DNA from: an uncultured Gemmatimonadales bacterium
GTDB taxonomy: Bacteria > Gemmatimonadota > Gemmatimonadetes > Gemmatimonadales > Gemmatimonadaceae
Direction: 5' to 3'
Length of the DNA stretch: 64,000 nt
Assembly (NCBI GenBank): GCA_963851265.1
Contig: CAWKNZ010000002.1
Span: 192,001 to 256,000 of the forward strand
The notes under the pieces are model-generated. The model made no database searches. It saw nothing but the letters and a program-made list of their open reading frames with translations, and was not told the DNA's origin. Of this stretch, positions 41,357 through 50,132 are shown one piece after another (the stretch's first letter is position 1; each line of letters starts with the position of its first letter). Both the position numbers and the translations under genes were made by a program.

Positions 41357-43954
41357 ATGGACCTTTCCCGCCCGGACGGGCGATCCGACGCGCTGCCCTG
41401 GCAGGAACGGCAGCGCCGGATGCGCGAGACGGCGATCCTCGATGCCGCCGCCACCCTGCTCGCCGAACGCGGGTACGCGGCCACGAGCATGGACGAGATC
41501 GCCGCGCACGTCGGCATTTCGAAGCCGACGCTCTACCAGCACTTCCCGAGCAAGGACGCGGTCGCGGTGGCCGTGATGCTGCACCGGCTCGGCCACACGG
41601 CGGCGGACATCGCGTCCGCCGAGCAGGCCGTGGCCGAGGGCGAGCGCGCCCGCCCCCAACTGGAGCGGGTGCTGCGCGACGCGCTCGCGCGCCGGGCGGG
41701 CGCGTGGTCCACGCGTGTGGAGCTGCCACGCTCCGTGGTCGACTCGGCGCCCGAGGTGGGCATCGCGCGTCGCGACGTGTGGGCCCGCATCGGCGCCCTC
41801 GTCGACCGTGCCAAGGCCGAAGGGGACTGCCGCGCCGACGCACCCACGCCGGTGATCGCGCGGCACCTCGCGGGGCTGTTCCGTGGTGATTACTCCGATC
41901 TCGTCGATCAGGGCGCACCGTCCGAAGCGCTCGCGGCGACGCTCGTCTCGCTCGTCTTCGACGGCCTCGCGCCGCGCCAGCCCGCGGCCGATCCGCACGG
42001 CGCCGACCCGCACCTTGCCGAGGCGTCGGCCGCGGGCGCGCGCCTCGGCGTGCGGCGGGTCGCCCGGCGCGCGTCGGTGCTGTTCGGAATCGTCGCCGGC
42101 GCGTACGCGCTGACGCCCGGCGCGGTGCGCGCCCAGCAGGCGCCGGTGCTCCCCGCCAGCGTTCCGGCGTCCGCCGGGGCACCCACGCCGGCGCCGCTGC
42201 CCGTTCCCGGGGCGACCCGCTCGGCTGACGATCCGCCGGCGTCGGGCCCGCTCCCCGTGCCGCCGCTCGACAGCAGGGCGCCCATCGGCGCGCCGAGCAC
42301 CGCCGCGCGCGTGATCGGGCCGCAGCCGTTGTTCCCGCAACAGGTGCCGAGTCAGACCGAGATCGTGCCCGGCGTCCCGACGCAGGCCGGCGGCCGTGCG
42401 CCGGGCGCACCGGCCACGCCCGCGGGACTCGCCGGCCGTGCGCTGACGCTGGCCGACGTGCTCGATGCCGCCCTGCGCGCCAACCCGTCGACGTTCGCCG
42501 CGTTCGCCAGCGCACAATCGTCGCGCGCGCAGTTCCTGTCGGCGCGGGCGGCCTCGTTCCCGGTGCTCTCGTTCAACCCGGGCATCACGCGCTCCCAGTC
42601 GCTCGGCATCGCGGGTGGCGGGATCTCCACGGGGACGCTTCCCGGGAACGGCACCGGCTCCGGCACCACCGGGACCGGCACGACCGGGACGGGCGGCGCG
42701 GGCACGGGCACGACCGGCACCGGCACCGGGGGCAGCGGGACGGGCACCACCGGCACCGGCACGGGCACGACCACGGCGACCACCGTGGTCGGTTCGGCGG
42801 TGACGCAGCGGACGTCGTTCACGCCCGCCATCGGGCTCACCTTCCTCGCCTTCGATTTCGGGGGGCGCGCCGGACAGATCGGCAGTGCGCGTGAGACGGC
42901 CAACGCCGCGGGCGCGACGCTCGACGCGACCATCGTCAACACGCTGCTGCAGGCCGAACAGGCGTACTTCGGCTATCAGAGCGCGCGGGACGTCGTGGTC
43001 GCGTCGGAGCAGAACGTGCGCACGGCGACGTCCAGCCGCGACGCGTCGGTCGCGCTCTTTCGGGCCGGCCTCGCCACCGTGGGTGACACCCTTCAGGCCG
43101 CGACGGCGCTCGCCCAGGCGCGCGTCAACCTGCTCAACGCCCGCCAGAGCCTCTCGCAGTCGCGCGACACGCTGGCCACGGTGATCAACGCCCGGGCGGA
43201 CGTGCCGTTCGCGGTGGCCGCCGAGCGTGCGCCCACGGGCACCGCGGCGACGTCGGTGACCTCGCTGCTCACGGCCCGCGTCGACACCCTCGTCGCGCAC
43301 GCCGTGCGCACGCGCCCCGACGTGGACGCGATGCGCGACCAGGCGCTCGCGGCGCAGCAGCAGGTGCGCACGGCGCGCTCGGCGCTGCTGCCCGCCGTCA
43401 CCGTCACCGGCACCGCCGGCTACAACCAGATCTACGGCGGCGTGGCGCCCATCAACGGGATGACCTACAACATCCAGCTCGGCCTCTCGGTCCCCGTGTT
43501 CGACGGCGGGGCGCGGCGCGCGTCGCTGCAGGCGGCCAACGCCACCGCCGACGCCGCGCGCGCGCGGGCCGACGCGATGACGACGCAGGCCGTCAACCAG
43601 GTGGTCGCGTCGGCGGAGGTGCTCAAGGAGAGCGCGGACCGCCTCGCGGCCAACGAGACGCTGCTCGCGACGGCCGAACGCAACGCCGAGGTGGCCGCGG
43701 GCCGGTACCAGGAGGGCGTCGGCACGATCGTCGACCTCCTGAACGCGCAGACCACGCTCGCCACCGCGCGTTCGCAGCTCGCCCAGGCGCGCTGGGCGTG
43801 GACCACGTCGCTGGCCCAGCTCGCGCGCAACGCCGGCATCCTCGGCCTCCGCGGGGAGCTCCCGGCGGTCGTGGCTCCGGCCGTCCCGACCTCGACCCCG
43901 CTCTCGGCCCCGCCCGCGGCCGCGCGCGCCTCCAATTCCGATCCGTCCCGGTAA
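41357..43954 (+). CDS. Single ORF: TetR regulator fused via an internal signal-peptide-like segment to a TolC-family outer membrane efflux protein
   Basis: ILDAA..L.AERGY..TSMDEIA..VGISKPTLY.HF.SK (TetR); RRVARRASVLFGIVAGAYALTPGAVRA-QQ; then LTL.DV...AL.ANP, FDFGGR, RPD, LS.PVFDGG and RY..GVG...DLL.AQ (OEP). No stop codon in between. Confidence 0.85.
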   Translation: MDLSRPDGRSDALPWQERQRRMRETAILDAAATLLAERGYAATSMDEIAAHVGISKPTLYQHFPSKDAVAVAVMLHRLGHTAADIASAEQAVAEGERARPQLERVLRDALARRAGAWSTRVELPRSVVDSAPEVGIARRDVWARIGALVDRAKAEGDCRADAPTPVIARHLAGLFRGDYSDLVDQGAPSEALAATLVSLVFDGLAPRQPAADPHGADPHLAEASAAGARLGVRRVARRASVLFGIVAGAYALTPGAVRAQQAPVLPASVPASAGAPTPAPLPVPGATRSADDPPASGPLPVPPLDSRAPIGAPSTAARVIGPQPLFPQQVPSQTEIVPGVPTQAGGRAPGAPATPAGLAGRALTLADVLDAALRANPSTFAAFASAQSSRAQFLSARAASFPVLSFNPGITRSQSLGIAGGGISTGTLPGNGTGSGTTGTGTTGTGGAGTGTTGTGTGGSGTGTTGTGTGTTTATTVVGSAVTQRTSFTPAIGLTFLAFDFGGRAGQIGSARETANAAGATLDATIVNTLLQAEQAYFGYQSARDVVVASEQNVRTATSSRDASVALFRAGLATVGDTLQAATALAQARVNLLNARQSLSQSRDTLATVINARADVPFAVAAERAPTGTAATSVTSLLTARVDTLVAHAVRTRPDVDAMRDQALAAQQQVRTARSALLPAVTVTGTAGYNQIYGGVAPINGMTYNIQLGLSVPVFDGGARRASLQAANATADAARARADAMTTQAVNQVVASAEVLKESADRLAANETLLATAERNAEVAAGRYQEGVGTIVDLLNAQTTLATARSQLAQARWAWTTSLAQLARNAGILGLRGELPAVVAPAVPTSTPLSAPPAAARASNSDPSR
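42644..42784 (+). repeat. Gly/Thr low-complexity coding repeat inside the TolC domain
   Basis: GNGTGSGTTGTGTTGTGGAGTGTTGTGTGGSGTGTTGTGTGTTTATT. Confidence 0.85.
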
Positions 43955-45222
43955 TGCGCCCGTTCGATCGTTCGTTTCGTCGTACCACGTTCGCGGCCCT
44001 GCTCGCCGCGGTCGCCGCGAGCGGCTGCCGCAAGGAACCGCCGCCGCGGCCCAAACCCGCCGTGCCGGTGACCATCGCCCAGGCGATCAGCGGGAGCCTG
44101 CCGATCACCTTCGCCACCAACGGCACCGTCGAGCCGACGCAGACCGTGGCCATCCAGCCGCAGGTCGCGGGGCCGATCACCGAGGTGCGCTTCCAGGAAG
44201 GCGACGAGGTGCGCGCGGGACAGGTGCTCTTCGTCATCGACCCCCGGCCGTATCAGGCGGCGCTCGCGCAGGCCCAGGCGGTGCTCGCCCGCGACCGCGC
44301 GACCGCCACGGCCACCCGCGCCGACTCGGCGCGGTACGCGTCCCTCGTCAGCAAGGGGTTCGTGACGCAGTCGCAGGCCGGACAGTTCGCCGCCAACGCG
44401 ACGGCCGCCGGCGCGACCATCGCCTCCGACCAGGCGCAGGTCGACGCGGCACGCCTCAACTTGAGCTACGCGACCATCCGCGCGCCGATCAGCGGGAAGA
44501 CCGGTAACCTCAACGTGCGGCTCGGGAATCAGGTGCGCGTGCCCAACACCGTGCCGCTCGTGACGATCAACGCGGTCGCGCCGGTGCTCGTCCGCTTCCC
44601 GGTGCCCGACCGCGTGCTGCCCCAGGTGCGCGCGGCCCAGCGCGAGAAGCGCCAGCTCGACGTGACCATCGCCGGCGCGGTCGTGAACGGCGCCGTGGAG
44701 CGCGGCACCGTCGACTTCATCGACAACGCCGTCGACACCACCACCGGTTCGGTCACGCTCAAGGCGCGCTTCCCGAACACCGACCGCCGGCTGTGGCCGG
44801 GCGCCTTCCTCCCGCTTACCCTCGGGCTCGGCCAGACCCCGACGGGCGTGCTCGTCCCGACCGTGGCCGTGCAGGCCGGGCCGCAGGGCGATTACGTGTT
44901 CATGCCCGACTCGGCCGGGAAGACGCGGCAGGTGTCCGTTGTCACCGCGCAGTCGGCAGGAAGCGTCACCCTCGTGACGAAAGGCGTGGCGGTAGGCGAG
45001 CGCGTCGTCGTCGACGGGCAGTCGCGCCTCACGCCGGGCGCCGTCATGAAGATTGCGCGCACGGTGGCCACGCAGCCGCCGGGCAGCGCGCCCACACCGA
45101 ATGCCGTGCCCGGAAGCGCCGGGCAGGGCCCGTCCGGGCAGCCGACCGGTGCCGCGCCCGAGCGCGTCGCGGCCAATGGCGCCAACGGCACGGGCACGTC
45201 GAGCAGCACCGGCACCCCCTGA
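43954..45222 (+). CDS. RND efflux periplasmic adaptor (MdtA-like) lipoprotein
   Basis: TAATG overlap; lipobox ASGC; V.G.I..V.F.EG..V..GQ.LF.IDPRPY, IRAPISG and IDNAVD..TG motifs. Confidence 0.92.
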   Translation: MRPFDRSFRRTTFAALLAAVAASGCRKEPPPRPKPAVPVTIAQAISGSLPITFATNGTVEPTQTVAIQPQVAGPITEVRFQEGDEVRAGQVLFVIDPRPYQAALAQAQAVLARDRATATATRADSARYASLVSKGFVTQSQAGQFAANATAAGATIASDQAQVDAARLNLSYATIRAPISGKTGNLNVRLGNQVRVPNTVPLVTINAVAPVLVRFPVPDRVLPQVRAAQREKRQLDVTIAGAVVNGAVERGTVDFIDNAVDTTTGSVTLKARFPNTDRRLWPGAFLPLTLGLGQTPTGVLVPTVAVQAGPQGDYVFMPDSAGKTRQVSVVTAQSAGSVTLVTKGVAVGERVVVDGQSRLTPGAVMKIARTVATQPPGSAPTPNAVPGSAGQGPSGQPTGAAPERVAANGANGTGTSSSTGTP

Positions 45223-45232
45223 GGACTTCGCC

Positions 45233-48200
45233 ATGAATTTCGTCGCGCCGTTCATCAAGCGGCCCGTGATGACCACGCTGTTCCTGCTGTCGCTGCTCGT
45301 GGCAGGGTTCTTCGCGTGGCAGTCGCTGCCGGTGAGCGACCTGCCCAACGTCGACTATCCGACGGTCACCGTGAACGCGTCGCTCCCCGGCGCCAGCCCC
45401 GAGACGATGGCCGCCTCGGTGGCCACGGTGCTCGAGAAGCAGTTCTCGACCATCGCGGGCATCGACAACATGACCTCGTCGAGCACGCTCGGGTCGACCA
45501 GCATCACCCTGCAGTTCTCACTCGACCGCGACGTGGACGCGGCCGCGCAGGACGTGCAGGCGGCCATCAGCGCCACGCTCCGCACGCTGCCCCAAGGGAT
45601 CATCCCGCCGAGCTACCAGAAGGTGAACCCGGCGAACAGTCCCATCCTCTACGTCGCGCTGACGTCGACGACCAACCCGCTGGCCGACGTCGACGAGATC
45701 GCCGAGACGAACCTGGCGCAGCAGATCTCGACGATCAACGGCGTCGCCCAGGTGCAGGTGTACGGCGCCCAGAAGCGCGCGGTGCGCGTGCAGATGGACC
45801 CGCGCAAGCTCGCCCAGCTGCAGCTCGGCACGAGCGACGTCGCCACCGCGGTCGCGTCGCAGAGCCCCAACCTGCCGAGCGGCACGCTCTGGGGAACGAG
45901 CCGCGCGTACGTGGTGCAGGCGAACGGGCAGCTGCAGCAGGCCACCGAGTTCTCCAACCTCGTCGTCACGTACCGCAACGGCGCCCCCGTGCGCCTCGGT
46001 GACCTCGCGACCGTCGTCGAGGGCGTCCAGAACGACAAGACGGCCGCCTGGTTCGGCTCGCCCGAGCTCAACCAGCCGATGCGCCGCTCGATCACGCTCG
46101 CCATCCAGCGGCAGCCCGGGACCAACACCGTCGAGGTGGCCGACAACGTCAAGGCCATCCTGCCCAAGCTCACGGCCAACATCCCGGCCGGGATCAGCAT
46201 GAACATCATGTACGACCGCTCGCAGACCATCCGCGAGAGCGTGCGCGACGTCGAGCTGACCCTGCTGCTGACGCTCGTACTCGTCGTCGGCGTGGTGTTC
46301 CTGTTCCTCCGCTCGCCGCGCGCGACGGCCATCCCGTCGCTCGCGCTGCCGCTCTCGGTGGCCGGCACCTTCGCCATCATGAAGGTGCTCGGCTACTCGC
46401 TCGACAACCTCTCGCTGATGGCGCTCACGCTCGCCGTGGGCTTCGTCGTCGACGACGCGATCGTGGTGCTCGAGAACATCGTGCGCCACCGCGAGATGGG
46501 GAAGACGGCCATGCAGGCGTCGTTCGACGGGGCCCAGGAGGTCGCGTTCACGGTGCTCTCGATGACGCTCTCGCTCTCGGCGGTGTTCCTGCCGCTGCTC
46601 TTCATGAGCGGGATCATCGGGCGCCTGTTCCGCGAGTTCTCGGTGACGATCGCGGTCTCGATCCTCGTGTCGGGCGTCGTCTCGCTCACGATCACGCCGA
46701 TGCTCGCTTCGCGCTTCCTCAGGGACGCGCCCCCCGACGCGGCCGGCGCCGAAGGCGTGCGCACCACGGACCCCAAGACCGGCGAGCAGGCCGGCAATCT
46801 CGCGGCACCGCAGCTCGCCTCGCAGCAGCACGCGCCACAGCCGGAGCCGACGGCGACGCTCGCGCACGCGTCCAACCCGCACGCGTCGGCCGAGCACAAG
46901 GACTCGCTGCACGACGAGGCGCCGCGCCTGCTCCGCCCCATCCTCGACCTGTTCGAGCGCGGCTACGAGGCGGTGCACCGGCTCTACGAGACGACGCTCC
47001 GCTGGACGATGTTCCACCGCCCGGTGGTGCTCCTCGGCTCGGTCGGCGTGCTCGTCGGCACGTATTTCCTCTTCAAGGCAGTGCCGACGAGCTTCATCCC
47101 GAGCGACGACACGAGCTTCCTCGTCACGAGCACGCTCGCGGCGCAGGGCACCAGCTTCGAGGACATGGTGCGCCACCAGCAGCAGGCGGCGGAGCTCGTG
47201 CAGAAGGACCCCAACGTCGCGGCCTTTTCCAGCTCCGTGGGCAACGGGGGCGGCGGCAGCAACCAGGGGCGCATCACGATCCGCCTGAAGTCGCCGGCCA
47301 ACCGCGCCCTCGACGCGGACGCGGTCGCGCGCGAGTTGACGCAGAAGCTCAACCGCATCCCCGGGCTGCAGAGCTTCGTGCAGAACCCGCCGACCATCCA
47401 GATCGGCGGCCGGCAGAGCGCGGCGCTCTACCAGTTCACGCTGCAGGGCACCAACCTGTCCACGCTCTACAGCGTGTCCAACCAGCTCCAGCTGCAGCTG
47501 CAGAAGTCGCCGCTCCTGAGCGACGTGACGAGCGACCTCTTCCTGTCGAACCCGACGGCCGCCCTGGTCATCGACCGCGACCGCGCCGGAGCGTTGGGCG
47601 TCAGCGCGCAGGCCATCGAGCAGACGCTCTACGACGCGTACGGCTCGCGGCAGGTCGGCACCATCTACACGCCCACCAACCAGTACTGGGTCGTCCTCGA
47701 GCTGCAGCCGGGCGCGCAACGCGACCCGAGCGCCCTCGGCCTGCTGTACGTCAAGAGCAGCCGCGGGACGTCGGTCCCGCTCTCGTCGGTGACGACCGTC
47801 CAGGACACGGTGAGCCCGCTCTCCGTGAACCACTCGGGCCAGGTGCCGTCGGTGACCATCTCGTTCAACCTGCCCGCGGGCGTCGCGCTCGGCACGGCGA
47901 CGCAGTTCGTCCAGCGGCAGGCGGACGCGCTCATCCCCGCGTCGTCGAGCATCATCACGAGCTTCGGCGGCACGGCGCAGGCGTTCCAGTCGAGCCAGGC
48001 CGGGCTGCTCGGGCTGCTCGTGCTCGCGATCCTGGTCATCTACCTGATCCTGGGCGTGCTCTACGAGAGCTTCATCCACCCGATCACGATTCTGTCGGGG
48101 CTGCCGTTCGCCGTGTTCGGCGCTCTCCTCGCGCTCTGGATCTTCAACCAGGAGCTGTCGGTGTACGCGTTCATCGGCCTCGTGCTCCTCATCGGCCTGG

Positions 48201-48652
48201 TGAAGAAGAACGCGATCATGATGGTCGACTTCGCGGTCGAGGCCGAGCGCACGCGAAACCTCGACCCCAAGGAGTCGATCTTCGAAGCGTGTCTGGTGCG
48301 CTTCCGCCCGATCACGATGACGACGCTCGCCGCGCTCGTCGGCACGCTGCCCATCGCGCTCGGCCTCGGCGCCGGCGCGAAGAGCCGCCAGCCGTTAGGC
48401 ATCGCGGTCGTCGGCGGCCTTCTCTTCTCGCAGGTCGTCACCCTCTACGTCACGCCGGTGCTCTACACCTACTTCGACGGGCTGCAGCAGCGCTTCGCAC
48501 ACCGCAAGGCCAAGGGCACGGTCGCCCGGCCGGGCACGGAACGCGCGGACGACGACGAGCAGGGCGGGCGTGGGACGCCGACGCCGGCCCCGGCGCCGCG
48601 TCCGCAGGCTCCCAAGCAGCCGCTCCCCGCGGCGGCGGCGGTGCGCGCATGA
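45233..48652 (+). CDS. RND efflux permease (MdtB/MdtC-like)
   Basis: FI.RPV.T, LP.VDYPT, GFVVDDAIVVLENI, LYESF.HP.TIL, GLVKKNAIMMVDFA and RFRPI.MTT motifs. Confidence 0.95.
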   Translation: MNFVAPFIKRPVMTTLFLLSLLVAGFFAWQSLPVSDLPNVDYPTVTVNASLPGASPETMAASVATVLEKQFSTIAGIDNMTSSSTLGSTSITLQFSLDRDVDAAAQDVQAAISATLRTLPQGIIPPSYQKVNPANSPILYVALTSTTNPLADVDEIAETNLAQQISTINGVAQVQVYGAQKRAVRVQMDPRKLAQLQLGTSDVATAVASQSPNLPSGTLWGTSRAYVVQANGQLQQATEFSNLVVTYRNGAPVRLGDLATVVEGVQNDKTAAWFGSPELNQPMRRSITLAIQRQPGTNTVEVADNVKAILPKLTANIPAGISMNIMYDRSQTIRESVRDVELTLLLTLVLVVGVVFLFLRSPRATAIPSLALPLSVAGTFAIMKVLGYSLDNLSLMALTLAVGFVVDDAIVVLENIVRHREMGKTAMQASFDGAQEVAFTVLSMTLSLSAVFLPLLFMSGIIGRLFREFSVTIAVSILVSGVVSLTITPMLASRFLRDAPPDAAGAEGVRTTDPKTGEQAGNLAAPQLASQQHAPQPEPTATLAHASNPHASAEHKDSLHDEAPRLLRPILDLFERGYEAVHRLYETTLRWTMFHRPVVLLGSVGVLVGTYFLFKAVPTSFIPSDDTSFLVTSTLAAQGTSFEDMVRHQQQAAELVQKDPNVAAFSSSVGNGGGGSNQGRITIRLKSPANRALDADAVARELTQKLNRIPGLQSFVQNPPTIQIGGRQSAALYQFTLQGTNLSTLYSVSNQLQLQLQKSPLLSDVTSDLFLSNPTAALVIDRDRAGALGVSAQAIEQTLYDAYGSRQVGTIYTPTNQYWVVLELQPGAQRDPSALGLLYVKSSRGTSVPLSSVTTVQDTVSPLSVNHSGQVPSVTISFNLPAGVALGTATQFVQRQADALIPASSSIITSFGGTAQAFQSSQAGLLGLLVLAILVIYLILGVLYESFIHPITILSGLPFAVFGALLALWIFNQELSVYAFIGLVLLIGLVKKNAIMMVDFAVEAERTRNLDPKESIFEACLVRFRPITMTTLAALVGTLPIALGLGAGAKSRQPLGIAVVGGLLFSQVVTLYVTPVLYTYFDGLQQRFAHRKAKGTVARPGTERADDDEQGGRGTPTPAPAPRPQAPKQPLPAAAAVRA

Positions 48653-49404
48653 GCGGCTACCCGCCCATCCCGCAGCAGGTCACCCCGACGCCGGTCGTCC
48701 CCGGCGTCTGGGACCTGCCGCTCGGCATCGTCCACGCGTACCTCGTCGCCGACGGCGAGGCGCCGGACGCGCCACTCGCGCTCGTCGACACGGGCCTCCC
48801 CGGCAGCGCACCGGCCATCCTCGGCGCGGTCGCGGCCCTCGGGCGGCGTCCCGCGGACGTGCGCTGGATCGTCGCGACGCACCTGCACGTGGACCACACG
48901 GGCACCCTGGCCGAGCTGAAGCGGGCGAGCGGCGCGGAGGTGCTGATGCACCCGACCGACGCGGCGATGGTGGCCGAGGGCGCCGCGGGGCGCACGATGC
49001 ACGAATCGCCGGCGCCCGGGTCGGCGGCGTTCGTCGCGGGGTTCGACCCGCGCACGCGGCGCGTGGAGCCGTGCGCGACCGACCGCCTCCTCGCCGACGG
49101 CGACGAGTTGCCCTTCGCCGGGGGCGCGCGCGTGGTGCACGCGCCGGGGCACGCCGCCGGGCAGGTGGTGCTGCTGCTGCCGGGCCACGGCGGCGTGCTC
49201 GTCGCCGCCGACGCGTTAGGCAATCCCGGCGGCCGGCTCGGCTGGAGCGTCGGCTACGAGGACCTCGCGCTCGGTGCCGACACGGTCGAGCGTCTCGCGG
49301 GGCTCACGTTCGAGCACGCGGTGTTCGGCCACGGCGACCCGATCGTCGGCGGGGCGGACGCGCGGTTCCGACGGGCGGTGGACGAGGTGTTCCGGGCCGC
49401 GTAG
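48649..49404 (+). CDS. MBL-fold metallo-hydrolase
   Basis: ATGA overlap with the RND stop; LVDTG, THLHVDH.G, PGH, D and GHG motifs. Confidence 0.9.
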   Translation: MSGYPPIPQQVTPTPVVPGVWDLPLGIVHAYLVADGEAPDAPLALVDTGLPGSAPAILGAVAALGRRPADVRWIVATHLHVDHTGTLAELKRASGAEVLMHPTDAAMVAEGAAGRTMHESPAPGSAAFVAGFDPRTRRVEPCATDRLLADGDELPFAGGARVVHAPGHAAGQVVLLLPGHGGVLVAADALGNPGGRLGWSVGYEDLALGADTVERLAGLTFEHAVFGHGDPIVGGADARFRRAVDEVFRAA

Positions 49405-49548
49405 CGCCGTCGCTGCGCGCGCGCCGTAGCACCAGCGCCCGCCCGACCGGCGTCGCGCCGGGCGGCATCACTGTTGCCCCTCCGTCCGGGCCCGCGCTCG
49501 TCGTCGCGGACGCGACGACGCATGCGCGGGCCAGACCCGGAGTGTCAG

Positions 49549-50022
49549 ATGCCCGTCCTCACGTTAGGCCGCCGCGCGCTCGGGGCCGCGGCCGCCCTGT
49601 CCACCGCGGCCGCGGCGCTGCCCGGCGCCGCCGCGACCGCCCACGCCCAGCCGCGCGGCGCGCAGCTGCTCTACGAGTGGCAGGGGCGCGTCGACCACGA
49701 GGTGCAGATCTTTCCGGGGCGCGGCGGCTTCGACGTGCGCGGCATCGGCGGCGCCGAGAACCCGGGCCGATTCCGAAACACCGGCGGCCCGCCGCGCGGG
49801 TCGGGGCAGATCAGCGTCCAGCGCCTCAGCGGCCGCGGCCCCGTCGACGTGCTCGGCAGCAACGTCGTGCGCATCCGCGACCCGCAAGGCGGGGCGGACT
49901 TCTACCGCATCCGCGTGTACTGGCAGCCCAGCGGCGGGCAGTACGGGCGCGGCGACGGCGACGGCCGGAACGACCGCGGCCGCGACGACCGCCGCGGGCG
50001 CGACGACCGCCGGCCGTTCTGA
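49549..50022 (+). CDS. Secreted hypothetical protein
   Basis: GGAG RBS; signal peptide AHA-Q; EWQGRVD...IRDPQGGADFY...W domain; RD-rich tail. Confidence 0.7.
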   Translation: MPVLTLGRRALGAAAALSTAAAALPGAAATAHAQPRGAQLLYEWQGRVDHEVQIFPGRGGFDVRGIGGAENPGRFRNTGGPPRGSGQISVQRLSGRGPVDVLGSNVVRIRDPQGGADFYRIRVYWQPSGGQYGRGDGDGRNDRGRDDRRGRDDRRPF

Positions 50023-50099
50023 AGCCGGCCCGCGGCGCCGCGCGCACTCACGGGTGCGTGCGGAACGCCCGCACCGCCGCGACCGAGAGCGCGACCGCG

Positions 50100-50132
50100 T
50101 ACGCCATCGCCTACGCCATCGCCTACGCCATC
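50100..50132. repeat. 12-bp tandem repeat TACGCCATCGCC, about x2.8, duplicating the stop-codon region of the oxidoreductase
   Basis: Copies at 50100, 50112 and 50124 (partial). Confidence 0.8.
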
